A stretch of DNA of 34,730 nucleotides from a virus (taxonomy: Duplodnaviria > Caudoviricetes). The stretch lies in the IMG/VR virus record IMGVR_UViG_3300050330_000086, positions 1-34,730 of that record; one strand, given 5' to 3'. How positions within the stretch are numbered: position 1 is the stretch's first letter; the number at the start of each line of letters is the position of its first letter. Below the pieces are notes generated by a model. The model did not search any database. It was not told where the DNA came from and saw nothing but the letters and a program-made list of their open reading frames with translations. A program made the translations under genes and the position numbers. Below are positions 1-8,644 of the stretch, piece by piece.

Positions 1-156
1 ATGAGCCGCTTTCTGTCAGCGATCCGGCGTGCGGCTGACATGGAATTGCTCGCCGACACGCTCGCCTTCGTGGTGATGATGCTGTTCGTCGCCGTCATCC
101 TGGGCTTTGCCGCCGAGGCGTCCGACGCGGTCACCGCCTGGAGGCTCGCCCAATGA
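1..156 (+). CDS. small membrane protein, 51 aa (MSRFLSAIRR...WRLAQ)
   Basis: Translated by hand from ATG at 1; one hydrophobic segment (LAFVVMMLFVAVILGF); ATGA overlap with the next ORF. Confidence 0.7.
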   Translation: MSRFLSAIRRAADMELLADTLAFVVMMLFVAVILGFAAEASDAVTAWRLAQ

Positions 157-275
157 GCCTGCAGGCGATCGTCATCCTTTCGGGCATGGCCGGCGGCGCG
201 ACCTGGGCCGGCATCACGCTTGCGGCCACCTGGTGGTTCAATCGGTGGGCGCGGGCTGCGGCGAGGGCTCGCTAG
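153..275 (+). CDS. small membrane peptide, 40 aa (MSLQAIVILSGMAGGATWAGITLAATWWFNRWARAAARAR)
   Basis: ATGA-coupled start, hydrophobic N-terminus with basic tail, GC3-rich codons. Confidence 0.6.
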   Translation: MSLQAIVILSGMAGGATWAGITLAATWWFNRWARAAARAR

Positions 276-329
276 CGATGTTCCAGCGCGTAGATCTCGA
301 CCCGTTCAAATTCTTCAGCCCGACGACGG

Positions 330-689
330 TCAGCGTTCTCGCTTCGAGTTGCGAACTCGACGTATCGCCAACGCTGCTGCTCCTGCTTCGATCATGTGGA
401 GTTCATCAAGAACCCGGCCGGGCTCTAGACGAAGCTGTTCGAGGTTGTGCCGAAACAGCACGAGCGGTTGAATTGTCTCGTCGACTTCAGCCAGGGCGCC
501 CGTTTCCTCGGCGCGGAGGTAGCCGATGATCGCCTCGGTGATGTCGAGCAACCTCCCCTTGTCGATGACGCCTTTGTCACAAAGGGCGCAGGCAATGGCG
601 ATCGAGGGCCAGAAGCTATTCGCTGCAGTGTTGTGCACGTCGACCATGTACTGGTCGAACTCCTCTTTCCATGGATCTGGTTCCGCCAC
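330..689 (-). CDS. hypothetical protein, 119 aa, antisense to the early operon (moron-like)
   Basis: GTG start at 689 with GGAGGA RBS about 8 nt upstream; natural-looking helical sequence (AEPDPWKEEFDQYMVDVHN...); lower GC than its flanks. Confidence 0.75.
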   Translation of the reverse strand: MAEPDPWKEEFDQYMVDVHNTAANSFWPSIAIACALCDKGVIDKGRLLDITEAIIGYLRAEETGALAEVDETIQPLVLFRHNLEQLRLEPGRVLDELHMIEAGAAALAIRRVRNSKRER

Positions 690-729
690 TCCAATCGTCC
701 TCCGGTGTGTTGCCCACCTGGGGATGCCA

Positions 730-763
730 GGTGCCGGCGTGCGCGGGAACGCACGCCGGCACC
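730..763. repeat. perfect 14-bp inverted repeat (GGTGCCGGCGTGCG-cgggaa-CGCACGCCGGCACC)
   Basis: Read directly from the sequence. Confidence 0.9.
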
Positions 764-836
764 GCCAAGCTAACCCGATTCGCGCCAATACCAATCCCGC
801 CGATCTCAGCCGGTCTCGCGTCGAGCCGGCGGGAAG

Positions 837-890
837 CGCGCCCGCTGCCACCCAAGCCCCCCCCCCCGCAGGCAGCGGGCGCGTTGTTGT
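837..890 (+). terminator. 13-bp hairpin with a C11 tract in its loop, followed by TTGTTGT (possible attenuator/terminator)
   Basis: CGCGCCCGCTGCC (837-849) / GGCAGCGGGCGCG (871-883); C11 at 857-867; U-tract is weak. Confidence 0.4.
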
Positions 891-906
891 CCTGCAGGAG
901 ACCGTC

Positions 907-1419
907 GTGACTGACGCTCCGCTGACCATCGCCCTGCCGACCGATGCCGATCTGGCCGCCGAGCTGCGCCGCTATGCGACGGCCACCGGCGCGGAGCCGG
1001 CCGACCTCGCCCTGCAGATGCTCACGGCGGCCTTGAAGGCGCGCCGGTGGCTCGACCGCGAGCAGCTCGACGGCGGCAGCGAGCTGGACCGGCATGTGCG
1101 CCTGGTGCTGTTGCTCGGCGACTGCGAGCCCGAGTTCGTCGCGGCCGCCACCGGCGTGCCGCAGCAGCTCGTCGAGCGCATCCTGGCCGGCTGGTCCAGC
1201 GCCTGCAGCGCACCGGCTCCCGCGCCGAAGCCAGAAAAGCGCCGGCAGCTCCGCGCCTGGACCGAGGCCGAGCGGGCGCGCCTTGCCGAGCTGTGGGCGC
1301 AGGGCATGGAGGTGAAGGAGATCGCCGCCGCGCTCGGCCGCAGCCCGCAGGCGCTCGGCGTCTACGCCAGCACCCACCGGGACCTCTGCCCAAACCGCAG
1401 GAACAGGAAGCCCGCATGA
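907..1419 (+). CDS. DNA-binding protein with C-terminal GcrA/Myb-like HTH, 170 aa
   Basis: GTG at 907 after a CAGGAG RBS; C-terminal WTEAERARLAELWAQGMEVKEIAAALGRS resembles the GcrA N-terminal WT-x7-L-W-x2-G-x5-IA-x2-LG pattern. Confidence 0.7.
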   Translation: MTDAPLTIALPTDADLAAELRRYATATGAEPADLALQMLTAALKARRWLDREQLDGGSELDRHVRLVLLLGDCEPEFVAAATGVPQQLVERILAGWSSACSAPAPAPKPEKRRQLRAWTEAERARLAELWAQGMEVKEIAAALGRSPQALGVYASTHRDLCPNRRNRKPA

Positions 1420-1673
1420 AAAGCTATCCCGTCACAGGCAGGCACGCCGAATTCGTCAAAGCCCTTTTGAACGCGCTTCGAGAGGAGTTCGGCGACCTTC
1501 CGGCCGAGGAAATGCTCGCCGTGGCCAGCCAGCTCGTCGGGCGCATGGTGGCCCTGCAGGATCAGCGCCGGTTCACGCCGGCCGCCGTCATGAAGATCGT
1601 CGCGCTCAATATTGAGGCGGGCAACCGCGACATCATCGACGAGCTCGCCTCCGCGCAGGGAGGTCACGCCTGA
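1416..1673 (+). CDS. hypothetical phage protein, 85 aa
   Basis: ATGA-coupled start (MKSYPVTGRH...); TGATG overlap with the next gene. Confidence 0.75.
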   Translation: MKSYPVTGRHAEFVKALLNALREEFGDLPAEEMLAVASQLVGRMVALQDQRRFTPAAVMKIVALNIEAGNRDIIDELASAQGGHA

Positions 1674-2509
1674 TGCGCCACGCATACCGCTCCATTCCCG
1701 TCGACCTGATCGACGTACCCGAAAACCGGGTCCGCGAGATCGACCCTGACCGCGTCGAAATCCTGTCGGCCGACATCGCGGCCAACGGCCTGTTGCAGCC
1801 GATCGGCCTCGCCGCAGAGACGAACGGCCGTTTCACGGCGATCTACGGCGTCCACCGCCTTTTCGCAGTGAGGACGCTTGGCCGGCACGAGATCGACGCC
1901 CGCGTCACGCCGCGCGAATACCTGGAGCCGCAGGACCTGCGCGTCCAGGAGATCATGGAGAATCTCGACCGCAAGGACCTGACGAAGCTTGAGCGTGCCG
2001 AAAGCCTCGCCCTGCTCAAGGTGCTGCACGAGCAGCTGTATCCGGAGGCCAGGAACGGCGGCGACCGCAAGAGCGCGGCGGCAAAGCGGCGCAAAAATCA
2101 GAACGAAATTTTTTCGTTCCGATCCACTGCCGCCGAAAAGACCGGCCTGTCGCGCCGCGCCATCGAGATCGCGGTGGCGATCGTCGCCGGCCTCTCGCCC
2201 GACGTGAAGCCGCGACTGCGCGGCACCTGGCTGGCCGACCATCAGGCGGGGCTGCGGCAGCTCGCCGAGCAGGAGCCGGAGCTGCAGCACAAGGTCTGCG
2301 ACCTCTTGTTCGCTGTGCCGCCGGAAGCCACCAGCGTGGCCGACGCCATCGTGCTGGCCGAGGGCGGCCGCCTGAAAACCAGCCAGGAGAAGCTCTTCAC
2401 GAGCGTCATGAACAACTTCGCGCGGCTTTCCGAGCGCGACCGCCGCGCCGTGCTTGCCGCCAACGAGGACGCCATCCGCGCCTATGCGACGGAGAAGGGC
2501 TGGATCTGA
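1673..2509 (+). CDS. ParB/Spo0J-like N-terminal (CTPase-fold) domain protein with HTH, 278 aa
   Basis: I-x3-GLLQPI, YGVHRL (GxxR box) and ENLDRKDL motifs; HTH-like TAAEKTGLSRRAIE. Confidence 0.88.
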   Translation: MRHAYRSIPVDLIDVPENRVREIDPDRVEILSADIAANGLLQPIGLAAETNGRFTAIYGVHRLFAVRTLGRHEIDARVTPREYLEPQDLRVQEIMENLDRKDLTKLERAESLALLKVLHEQLYPEARNGGDRKSAAAKRRKNQNEIFSFRSTAAEKTGLSRRAIEIAVAIVAGLSPDVKPRLRGTWLADHQAGLRQLAEQEPELQHKVCDLLFAVPPEATSVADAIVLAEGGRLKTSQEKLFTSVMNNFARLSERDRRAVLAANEDAIRAYATEKGWI

Positions 2510-2961
2510 TGGCGAAGGCGCGAGGGGACAGCCTGACGGGCGATCTGCTTGCCTGGGAGCCGCCGAAGGTGGCCGCCGGGTTTGCCGAGGGCGCGGTGCG
2601 TGGCACCCGCATCGCCTCGCAGATCAGTCAGGTGGTCAGGCTCGCCCTGGAAGGCCATGACCGCGCCGAGATTGCCGAGCGCATGAGCGACGAGCTCGGC
2701 TACCCGGTCTCGCTCCATATGATCGAGAAGTATGCCTCCGAGGCAGCTGAAGCCCACAAGATCACACTGGAGCGGTTCATCGCCCTGATCGAGGCGACCG
2801 GCTGCGTCGATGCGCTCGGCTTCATAGCCGAACGCTTCGACCATGTGGTGGTGCCGACGAAATACCGCGCCGTGATCAGGAAGCATGCCTTTGTCGAATT
2901 CCGCAAGCGCATGGACCGGGAAGAGCAGGCGGTCGACGCCGAGCTGCGGGAGCTGTTCTGA
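2509..2961 (+). CDS. Mu-like phage early regulatory/transposition-associated protein, 150 aa
   Basis: Coupled between ParB and MuA; HTH-like RAEIAERMSDELGYPVSLHMIEKYAS. Confidence 0.75.
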   Translation: MAKARGDSLTGDLLAWEPPKVAAGFAEGAVRGTRIASQISQVVRLALEGHDRAEIAERMSDELGYPVSLHMIEKYASEAAEAHKITLERFIALIEATGCVDALGFIAERFDHVVVPTKYRAVIRKHAFVEFRKRMDREEQAVDAELRELF

Positions 2962-5150
2962 TGCAGCTCTGGTTTGCGGCCCAAGATATTGCGGACCTCG
3001 CAGCGCAGGGGATGCTGCCAGGACTGCCCGCAACAAAGCGAGGGGTAAATCTGCTTGCCGACCGCGAGCGCTGGCAGGATCATCGCGCGCTGGCGCGGCG
3101 CCGGGCCGGCCGCGAGGGCGGCGGCGGCTACGAATACCACCTCGATCTTTTGCCGCTGGCATCCCGGCTGACCTATGTGGCCAAGTCCTTCCGCATCGAG
3201 CCCGCCGACCTGATCGCGCCGCTGGCCGATGACGGGACGTTGTCGGCCAGGGCGCGCGAGGCGCGTGACGCCCGTATCGTTGCGGTCAGGCTCGCGGACG
3301 CCTTCCGCCGCTCGACCGGGCTCGGCGCCAGATCGGCCGACGACTATTTCTGCAGGCTCTTCAACGCCGGTTCGATCGAGGTTCCGGGCTGGCTGCACGA
3401 AAACCTCGAAACGCTGTCGGTGCGCACGCTGGCGCGCTGGCGCGGCGCCGCGCGCGAGGACACCGCGCGGCTGGGCTTCGATCCGGCGACGGCGCGCAAG
3501 GGCACCGGCCTGCTCGACACCGCCAACGGCGGCGCGGTCAAGGTCTTTGTCCTCGGCCTCCTCGCCAAGCAGCCGCACCTGACCGCCAAGCATGTCCGCA
3601 TCCAGTGCCGCGCCGAATTCGGCGACGAGGTCGCCGATCGGCACGGCGAGCTGAAGCCGATGCCGCCGGAGCGGACGATCCGGCATTTCATCGCGGCGCT
3701 GAAGGTGGAGCACGAGGTTGCGCTGACCAAGCTCACCAACCCGGACAAGTATCGCTCGCACTATTCACTGTCGGGCACCAGTGCCTTCGCCTGGGTCACC
3801 GAGCCGAACCAGCTCTGGCAGATCGACGCCAGCCCGGTCGACGTGCTGTGCCTCGACGGCAGGCACTCTCTTTATATGTGCCTCGATCTGGCGACACGGC
3901 GCATCGTCATCACCACCTCCAAGACGCCGCGCGCCTCGGCGGTCGGCCTGATGACACGCAAGGCGATCCTGCAATGGGGCGCACCAAAGGGCATCAAGAC
4001 CGACAACGGCTCCGATTTCGTGGCAAAGGAGACCGACCGGCTGTTCCGCGCGCTCGGTGTCGACGTCCAGCGCTCGCAGAAATACAGCCCGCAGGAAAAG
4101 GGTCACGTCGAGCGGGTCATCAAGACCTTTCAGCACGGCGCCGGCCCGCTCCTGCCGGGCTTCATCGGGCACGATGTCGCTGACCGCAAGGCGATCGAGA
4201 GCCGTAAATCCTTTGCCGAGCGCCTCGGCTGCGACGATGCCGATGCCTTTGCCGTCCAGCTCACCGCCGCCGAGCTGCAGCGCTACATCGACGAGTGGGT
4301 AGAGTACAGCTATTCCCACGACGAACACGCCGGCCTGGGCGGCCGCACACCCGCCGAGGCGGCGGACGCCTCGGCTGCGCCGATGCGCCGCGTCGACGAA
4401 CGCGCGCTCGACGTGCTGCTGATGCCTCTGGCCGGTGGTGGCGGCATCCGCACCGTCAGCAAGCGCGGCATCAAGATCGACCACCACTACTACCAGGCCC
4501 CGGAGATCATCCCCGGCACGCGCGTGCTGGTGCGCATGGACCCGATGGATGCCGGTCGCGCGCATGCGTTCACGCCCGGCGGCGACATCTATCTTGCCCA
4601 GGCGATCTGCTACGAGCTCGCCGGCGTAAACCCGACTGAGCAGCTCAAGATCGATCGGGCTCGCCGCGAGGCCAAGATTGCGGAGGTGACCGGCCCGGCG
4701 CGGGCGGCCGTGCGCCATCTCGACGGCACGGCGCTGATGGATCGGCATTTGGCAGTCCGCAAGGGCGATGCCGCCGCCCGCGAAGCCGAGCGCTCGAACG
4801 TCATCCGCCTGCCGCGCCGCGAGGAGGCGCACACCACGCCGCAGATCGAGGCGGCGGCCGAGGCGACCAGGCCGATGCCGGTGGCGCCGCTCAACGAGCG
4901 CGCCGCCGAGATCCACAACCAGCTCCTGGATGACATCAACGTGCCGATGCTGCGCCCGCGCGCGGCCGCCAGTCCGGTGGATGAAGCCTACGAGCGCTAT
5001 CGCCGTGCGGTGCAGCTGGAAGCGCTGCAGGCGAGCGGGGCAGCGCTCGACGAAAACGATGCGCGGTGGCTCGCCGGCTATCGCGAGGGTCCCGAGTACG
5101 CGGCGCTCAGTCTGATGCGTGAGAGTTTCGGGGAAGCCATGGGCTTCTGA
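2961..5150 (+). CDS. Mu-type DDE transposase A, 729 aa
   Basis: N-terminal Mu DNA-binding domain (LPGLPATKRGV...GGGYEYHLDLLP); catalytic WQIDAS, TDNGSDF and KGHVER; C-terminal beta-barrel (RTVSKRGIKIDHHYY). Confidence 0.96.
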   Translation: MQLWFAAQDIADLAAQGMLPGLPATKRGVNLLADRERWQDHRALARRRAGREGGGGYEYHLDLLPLASRLTYVAKSFRIEPADLIAPLADDGTLSARAREARDARIVAVRLADAFRRSTGLGARSADDYFCRLFNAGSIEVPGWLHENLETLSVRTLARWRGAAREDTARLGFDPATARKGTGLLDTANGGAVKVFVLGLLAKQPHLTAKHVRIQCRAEFGDEVADRHGELKPMPPERTIRHFIAALKVEHEVALTKLTNPDKYRSHYSLSGTSAFAWVTEPNQLWQIDASPVDVLCLDGRHSLYMCLDLATRRIVITTSKTPRASAVGLMTRKAILQWGAPKGIKTDNGSDFVAKETDRLFRALGVDVQRSQKYSPQEKGHVERVIKTFQHGAGPLLPGFIGHDVADRKAIESRKSFAERLGCDDADAFAVQLTAAELQRYIDEWVEYSYSHDEHAGLGGRTPAEAADASAAPMRRVDERALDVLLMPLAGGGGIRTVSKRGIKIDHHYYQAPEIIPGTRVLVRMDPMDAGRAHAFTPGGDIYLAQAICYELAGVNPTEQLKIDRARREAKIAEVTGPARAAVRHLDGTALMDRHLAVRKGDAAAREAERSNVIRLPRREEAHTTPQIEAAAEATRPMPVAPLNERAAEIHNQLLDDINVPMLRPRAAASPVDEAYERYRRAVQLEALQASGAALDENDARWLAGYREGPEYAALSLMRESFGEAMGF

Positions 5151-5154
5151 CCGG

Positions 5155-5180
5155 AAAAAAGAAAGGCCGCTCGCGCGGCC
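5155..5180 (-). terminator. intrinsic terminator-like hairpin on the minus strand between MuA and MuB
   Basis: Minus strand reads GGCCGC-GCGA-GCGGCC-TTTCTTTTTT. Confidence 0.55.
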
Positions 5181-5204
5181 GACAAAATTGGAATGGAGAC
5201 CTTG

Positions 5205-5978
5205 ATGACGCAAAACCTGCACAACGTCAATCCCGCCAGCCTAAGTCCGGCGGCGATCAAGAACGTGTCGTCGTGCCTGATGGTGCTGGAGACGCTCCGG
5301 CGCTGCCCGCCCGGCATCCCGAACATGGGCCTGTTCTTCGGCTTCTCCGGCTTCGGCAAGACCGTCGCTGCCACTCACGCGCAGAACGTCACCAACGCGG
5401 TCTACATCGAGGCGTTTCCGAGCTGGAACCGCAAGAAATTCTGCACAGCGCTGCTGAACAGCCTGAGCGTCTACACCCCGCGCGGCACGATTTCCGACAT
5501 GATGGACCAGATCGTCTTCCTGCTGGGCGACGATCCGAGCCGAGCCGTCATCATCGACGAAGCCCACATGCTGGTAGATCTGCGAATGCTGCAGCTTGCC
5601 CGCGAGATCAACAAGCGGGCCGGCACGCCCATGCTGCTTGTCGGCGAGGAGACGCTGCCGGCGCAGATCGCGCAGCACGAGAATGTCGACAACCTGGTGC
5701 TCGACGAGGCGCGCCTGGCCGCGCAGCCCTGCGATGTCGCCGACGCCCGTGCACTGGCCAAGCTGCTCTATCCGCAACTTGCCGTCTCCGACGATCTGCT
5801 GGGCGCCGTCTGCGCCGAGACGCGCGGTTGCACCCGTAGGGTCGTCTCCACCCTGTCGTCGATCGCCACTTTCGCCCGCAACCGCAACCTGACCGAGATC
5901 GACCTGCGCGGGTACGAGGGGCGCATCCATGACGGCATGACGCCGCGCCGCCGGCAGATCGCGAAGGTGGCGGCATGA
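5205..5978 (+). CDS. MuB-like AAA+ transposition ATPase, 257 aa (alternative start 5193)
   Basis: Walker A GFSGFGKT, Walker B VIIDEAH; directly follows MuA; GGAG RBS before ATG 5205. Confidence 0.93.
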   Translation: MTQNLHNVNPASLSPAAIKNVSSCLMVLETLRRCPPGIPNMGLFFGFSGFGKTVAATHAQNVTNAVYIEAFPSWNRKKFCTALLNSLSVYTPRGTISDMMDQIVFLLGDDPSRAVIIDEAHMLVDLRMLQLAREINKRAGTPMLLVGEETLPAQIAQHENVDNLVLDEARLAAQPCDVADARALAKLLYPQLAVSDDLLGAVCAETRGCTRRVVSTLSSIATFARNRNLTEIDLRGYEGRIHDGMTPRRRQIAKVAA

Positions 5979-6607
5979 GCATCGTCCTCAGGCTCCAGTT
6001 CGGCAAGGCCGAGCGCATCCTGCGCGGCCAGGCGCACTATTGGGCCGTGATGCGCGCCCTGCAGGCTCAGTACGGCGAGTTCACCACCGCCGCGATCGAT
6101 GCCGCTTCCAACGCTGCCGGCAGCGACATCCGCAAGTTCATCCGCGGCCTGGTCGATGCCGGCTATGTCGAGGCGGCCGGCGCGACCGGCCGGATGCTGC
6201 CGGGCGCCAATGCGGAGATGGCCTATCGCATCGTCCGCAACCAGGCCGAATGCCCGCGCCTTACGAAGTCCGGCATCCAGGGCACCGGCCAGCGCAACAT
6301 GTGGAACGTGCTGCGCGGCCCGCTCGGCCGCGACGGCATCGACGCACGCGACCTTGCTGCGTTCGCGTCGACCGATGCGGTGCCCGTGCCCTTCGAGACC
6401 GCGCGCACCTACCTGAAGATGCTGGCGCAGGCCGGCTATCTCGCCTGCCTCGCCAAGGGCGGGCCGGCACGGCTCGCCGTCTGGCGCCTCAAGCCCTCCA
6501 TGAACACCGGCCCGCTGCCACCGATGATCCTGCGCGCCAAACTGGTCTACGACCAGAACGCCGGCAAGGTCATGGGCGAGGCGACGGCCGAGGAGGACCG
6601 GCCATGA
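5975..6607 (+). CDS. conserved Mu-like phage protein with tandem winged-HTH-like repeats, 210 aa
   Basis: Two repeats (IRKFIRGLVDAGYV / ARTYLKMLAQAGYL) and an NTGPLPP motif; position after MuB. Confidence 0.8.
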   Translation: MSIVLRLQFGKAERILRGQAHYWAVMRALQAQYGEFTTAAIDAASNAAGSDIRKFIRGLVDAGYVEAAGATGRMLPGANAEMAYRIVRNQAECPRLTKSGIQGTGQRNMWNVLRGPLGRDGIDARDLAAFASTDAVPVPFETARTYLKMLAQAGYLACLAKGGPARLAVWRLKPSMNTGPLPPMILRAKLVYDQNAGKVMGEATAEEDRP

Positions 6608-6975
6608 CGGACAACGTCGCCAAGGCCCGCGTCGCCTGGGGCGAGCCGCCGGCATGGGTGCTGGCGCTCGCGCAAGCCTGCGATGCCTCGAACCAGGTGA
6701 CCGTGGCACGGCGCATCTCCTATTCGCCGCCGACCGTCAGCCAGGTCATCTCCAACACCTATCGCGGCGACCTCGTGCGGCTGGAGGCGGCCGTGTCGGG
6801 GATCTATCTCGCCGCCACGGTGGATTGCCCGGTGCGTGGTGAGATGGCGCGCAATGTCTGCCTGGAGTGGCAGGAGCGGCCCTACACCGACGCCTCCCGG
6901 CTTCACACCCGCATGTATCGCGCCTGCAAGCAGTGCCCGCAGCGGGTGCGCAAGGCACAGGAGGATGCGGCCTGA
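6604..6975 (+). CDS. HTH transcriptional regulator with Cys-rich (probable Zn-binding) C-terminus, 123 aa
   Basis: NQVTVARRISYSPPTVSQVISNTYRG HTH; CPVRG...C...CKQC; ATGA coupling. Confidence 0.8.
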   Translation: MTDNVAKARVAWGEPPAWVLALAQACDASNQVTVARRISYSPPTVSQVISNTYRGDLVRLEAAVSGIYLAATVDCPVRGEMARNVCLEWQERPYTDASRLHTRMYRACKQCPQRVRKAQEDAA

Positions 6976-7319
6976 TGTCGAACATGCAGCAACAGATCCG
7001 CCACGCGGCGAAGCTCGCCGGCATGTTGCCGCCGGCCTCGACCGTCGAAGCCCGTGCCAAGCGCATCAGCAAGGGCCTTCAGTTGCTGGTCACGGCAGAG
7101 ATCGACGCCGAAATCGCCAGCCTGCGCGCCGTCGCCGCCGAGCGCACGCTCCAGGAGATCGAACTGATGAATGCCTGCCGCGCGGTCGGCGCGGCGGTCG
7201 ACCGGCTTGAGCAGGTACGCCACACGCGCGGCGAGATCGGCGCGCGTGTGGCCCTGGAGCGGGCCGCCACCACCTTGCGGCGCATCATCCGCGAAAGGAG
7301 CGGCCATGACCCGCGATGA
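6975..7319 (+). CDS. hypothetical phage protein, 114 aa
   Basis: TGATG-coupled start (MSNMQQQIRH...), GGAGG RBS. Confidence 0.7.
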   Translation: MSNMQQQIRHAAKLAGMLPPASTVEARAKRISKGLQLLVTAEIDAEIASLRAVAAERTLQEIELMNACRAVGAAVDRLEQVRHTRGEIGARVALERAATTLRRIIRERSGHDPR

Positions 7320-7650
7320 GCAGATCGTGGCGGCGGCCGCCGACGTCGAGGTGATCGACGCGGCCGGCCGCATCATCGCCAGCCCGGCCCGCAACGCGCC
7401 GGCCGCCTCGGTGGCCGAAGTGCTGGCGCTTGCCTGGGCGACCGAGGCGCTCAACGCCGTGGCGATCGAGGCGGAGCTGCTGGTGAGGGCGCTGCAATTG
7501 CCCATCACCGGCAACGATGCGCGGGACGCCGCCCGCGACCAGGCCATCCAGACCCCGCTCGCAAACCTCGCGCGCCAGTTCACGGTGATGCGGGCCGCTG
7601 ACGAAACCCCGACCAGGAAGGAAGACCACGATGGACGCAGCCACGCTTGA
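7306..7650 (+). CDS. hypothetical phage protein, 114 aa
   Basis: AGGAG RBS, start MTRDEQIVAA..., GC3-rich codons. Confidence 0.7.
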   Translation: MTRDEQIVAAAADVEVIDAAGRIIASPARNAPAASVAEVLALAWATEALNAVAIEAELLVRALQLPITGNDARDAARDQAIQTPLANLARQFTVMRAADETPTRKEDHDGRSHA

Positions 7651-8284
7651 ACGCCCCGACGATGGCGTCACCCTGATCAACGGCAAGCCCTGCATGCTCG
7701 ATGCCAAGGGCCGCTGGACGCCGCTGGAACTGATCAAGGCCCAGCACAAGCTCGAAGACGAAACCGTGCGCAAGATCATGCGCTATGCCCACGATCTGTC
7801 GGCACAGATCAGCCGCTTCCGTGGGCACACCATGACCGACCTCGGCGAGTTCGACGCCATCCTTGACCAGGAGTACGGCGGCCGGCCGCGTACGGCGGTG
7901 AAGGGCAACCGGACCTATCAGACGGTCGACGGCCTGATGAAGGTGCAGGTGCAGGTCGCCGACCTGATCGACTTCGGCCCCGAGCTGCAGATCGCGAAGA
8001 CGCTGATCGACGAATGCCTCAACGAGTGGGCGGTCGACGCCATGCCGGAAATCCGTGCGGTGGTGACGCGGGCCTTCAACACCGACAAGCCGGGCCAGAT
8101 CAATCGCGCCGACGTCTTCATGCTGTTGCGCCTGGACAGCCAGGACGAGCGCTGGCGGCGCGCACAGGACGCCATCCGCGATGCCATGCGCGTCGTCGGC
8201 TCCAAGGAATATGTCCGCTTCTACGAGCGCGACGATGCCGCCGCCCCGTGGCGGGCCGTCACCATCGACTTGGCCAAGGCATAG
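7631..8284 (+). CDS. DUF3164 family Mu-like phage protein, 217 aa
   Basis: DAKGR..P, KGN, FGPELQIAKTLIDECL and GSKEYVRFYER motifs typical of the family. Confidence 0.88.
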   Translation: MDAATLERPDDGVTLINGKPCMLDAKGRWTPLELIKAQHKLEDETVRKIMRYAHDLSAQISRFRGHTMTDLGEFDAILDQEYGGRPRTAVKGNRTYQTVDGLMKVQVQVADLIDFGPELQIAKTLIDECLNEWAVDAMPEIRAVVTRAFNTDKPGQINRADVFMLLRLDSQDERWRRAQDAIRDAMRVVGSKEYVRFYERDDAAAPWRAVTIDLAKA

Positions 8285-8293
8285 GGGGCGATC

Positions 8294-8644
8294 ATGGACG
8301 CGAAAATCGAAGCCATGACCGACGACAAGTGGGCCGAGGAACTGGCCGACAGCCTGCGTGACCTGCGCAGCGATACCGCTGTCGAAGTCGACAAGATGCG
8401 CGATTTCCACCGGAATGCCGCATCCACCTATGCGCAGCGGATCGAGACCGCACGCAAGCACTGCCGCAACGAACTGGCCGAGCTGGACGATGAACAATAC
8501 CGGCTCGAACAGAAGTACGAGGCGGACATGCGCCGGATCGATGCCGAGCGCTCCGCGATCAAGTCGGCCGCCGACCACGAAATAGCGACGGCAACCAAGC
8601 TCGCCGCCGCCAGCAAGTCCGCGCTGGAGGCGCTCCAGTCATGA
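8294..8644 (+). CDS. coiled-coil hypothetical protein, 116 aa
   Basis: Charged heptad-rich sequence; RBS present. Confidence 0.75.
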   Translation: MDAKIEAMTDDKWAEELADSLRDLRSDTAVEVDKMRDFHRNAASTYAQRIETARKHCRNELAELDDEQYRLEQKYEADMRRIDAERSAIKSAADHEIATATKLAAASKSALEALQS

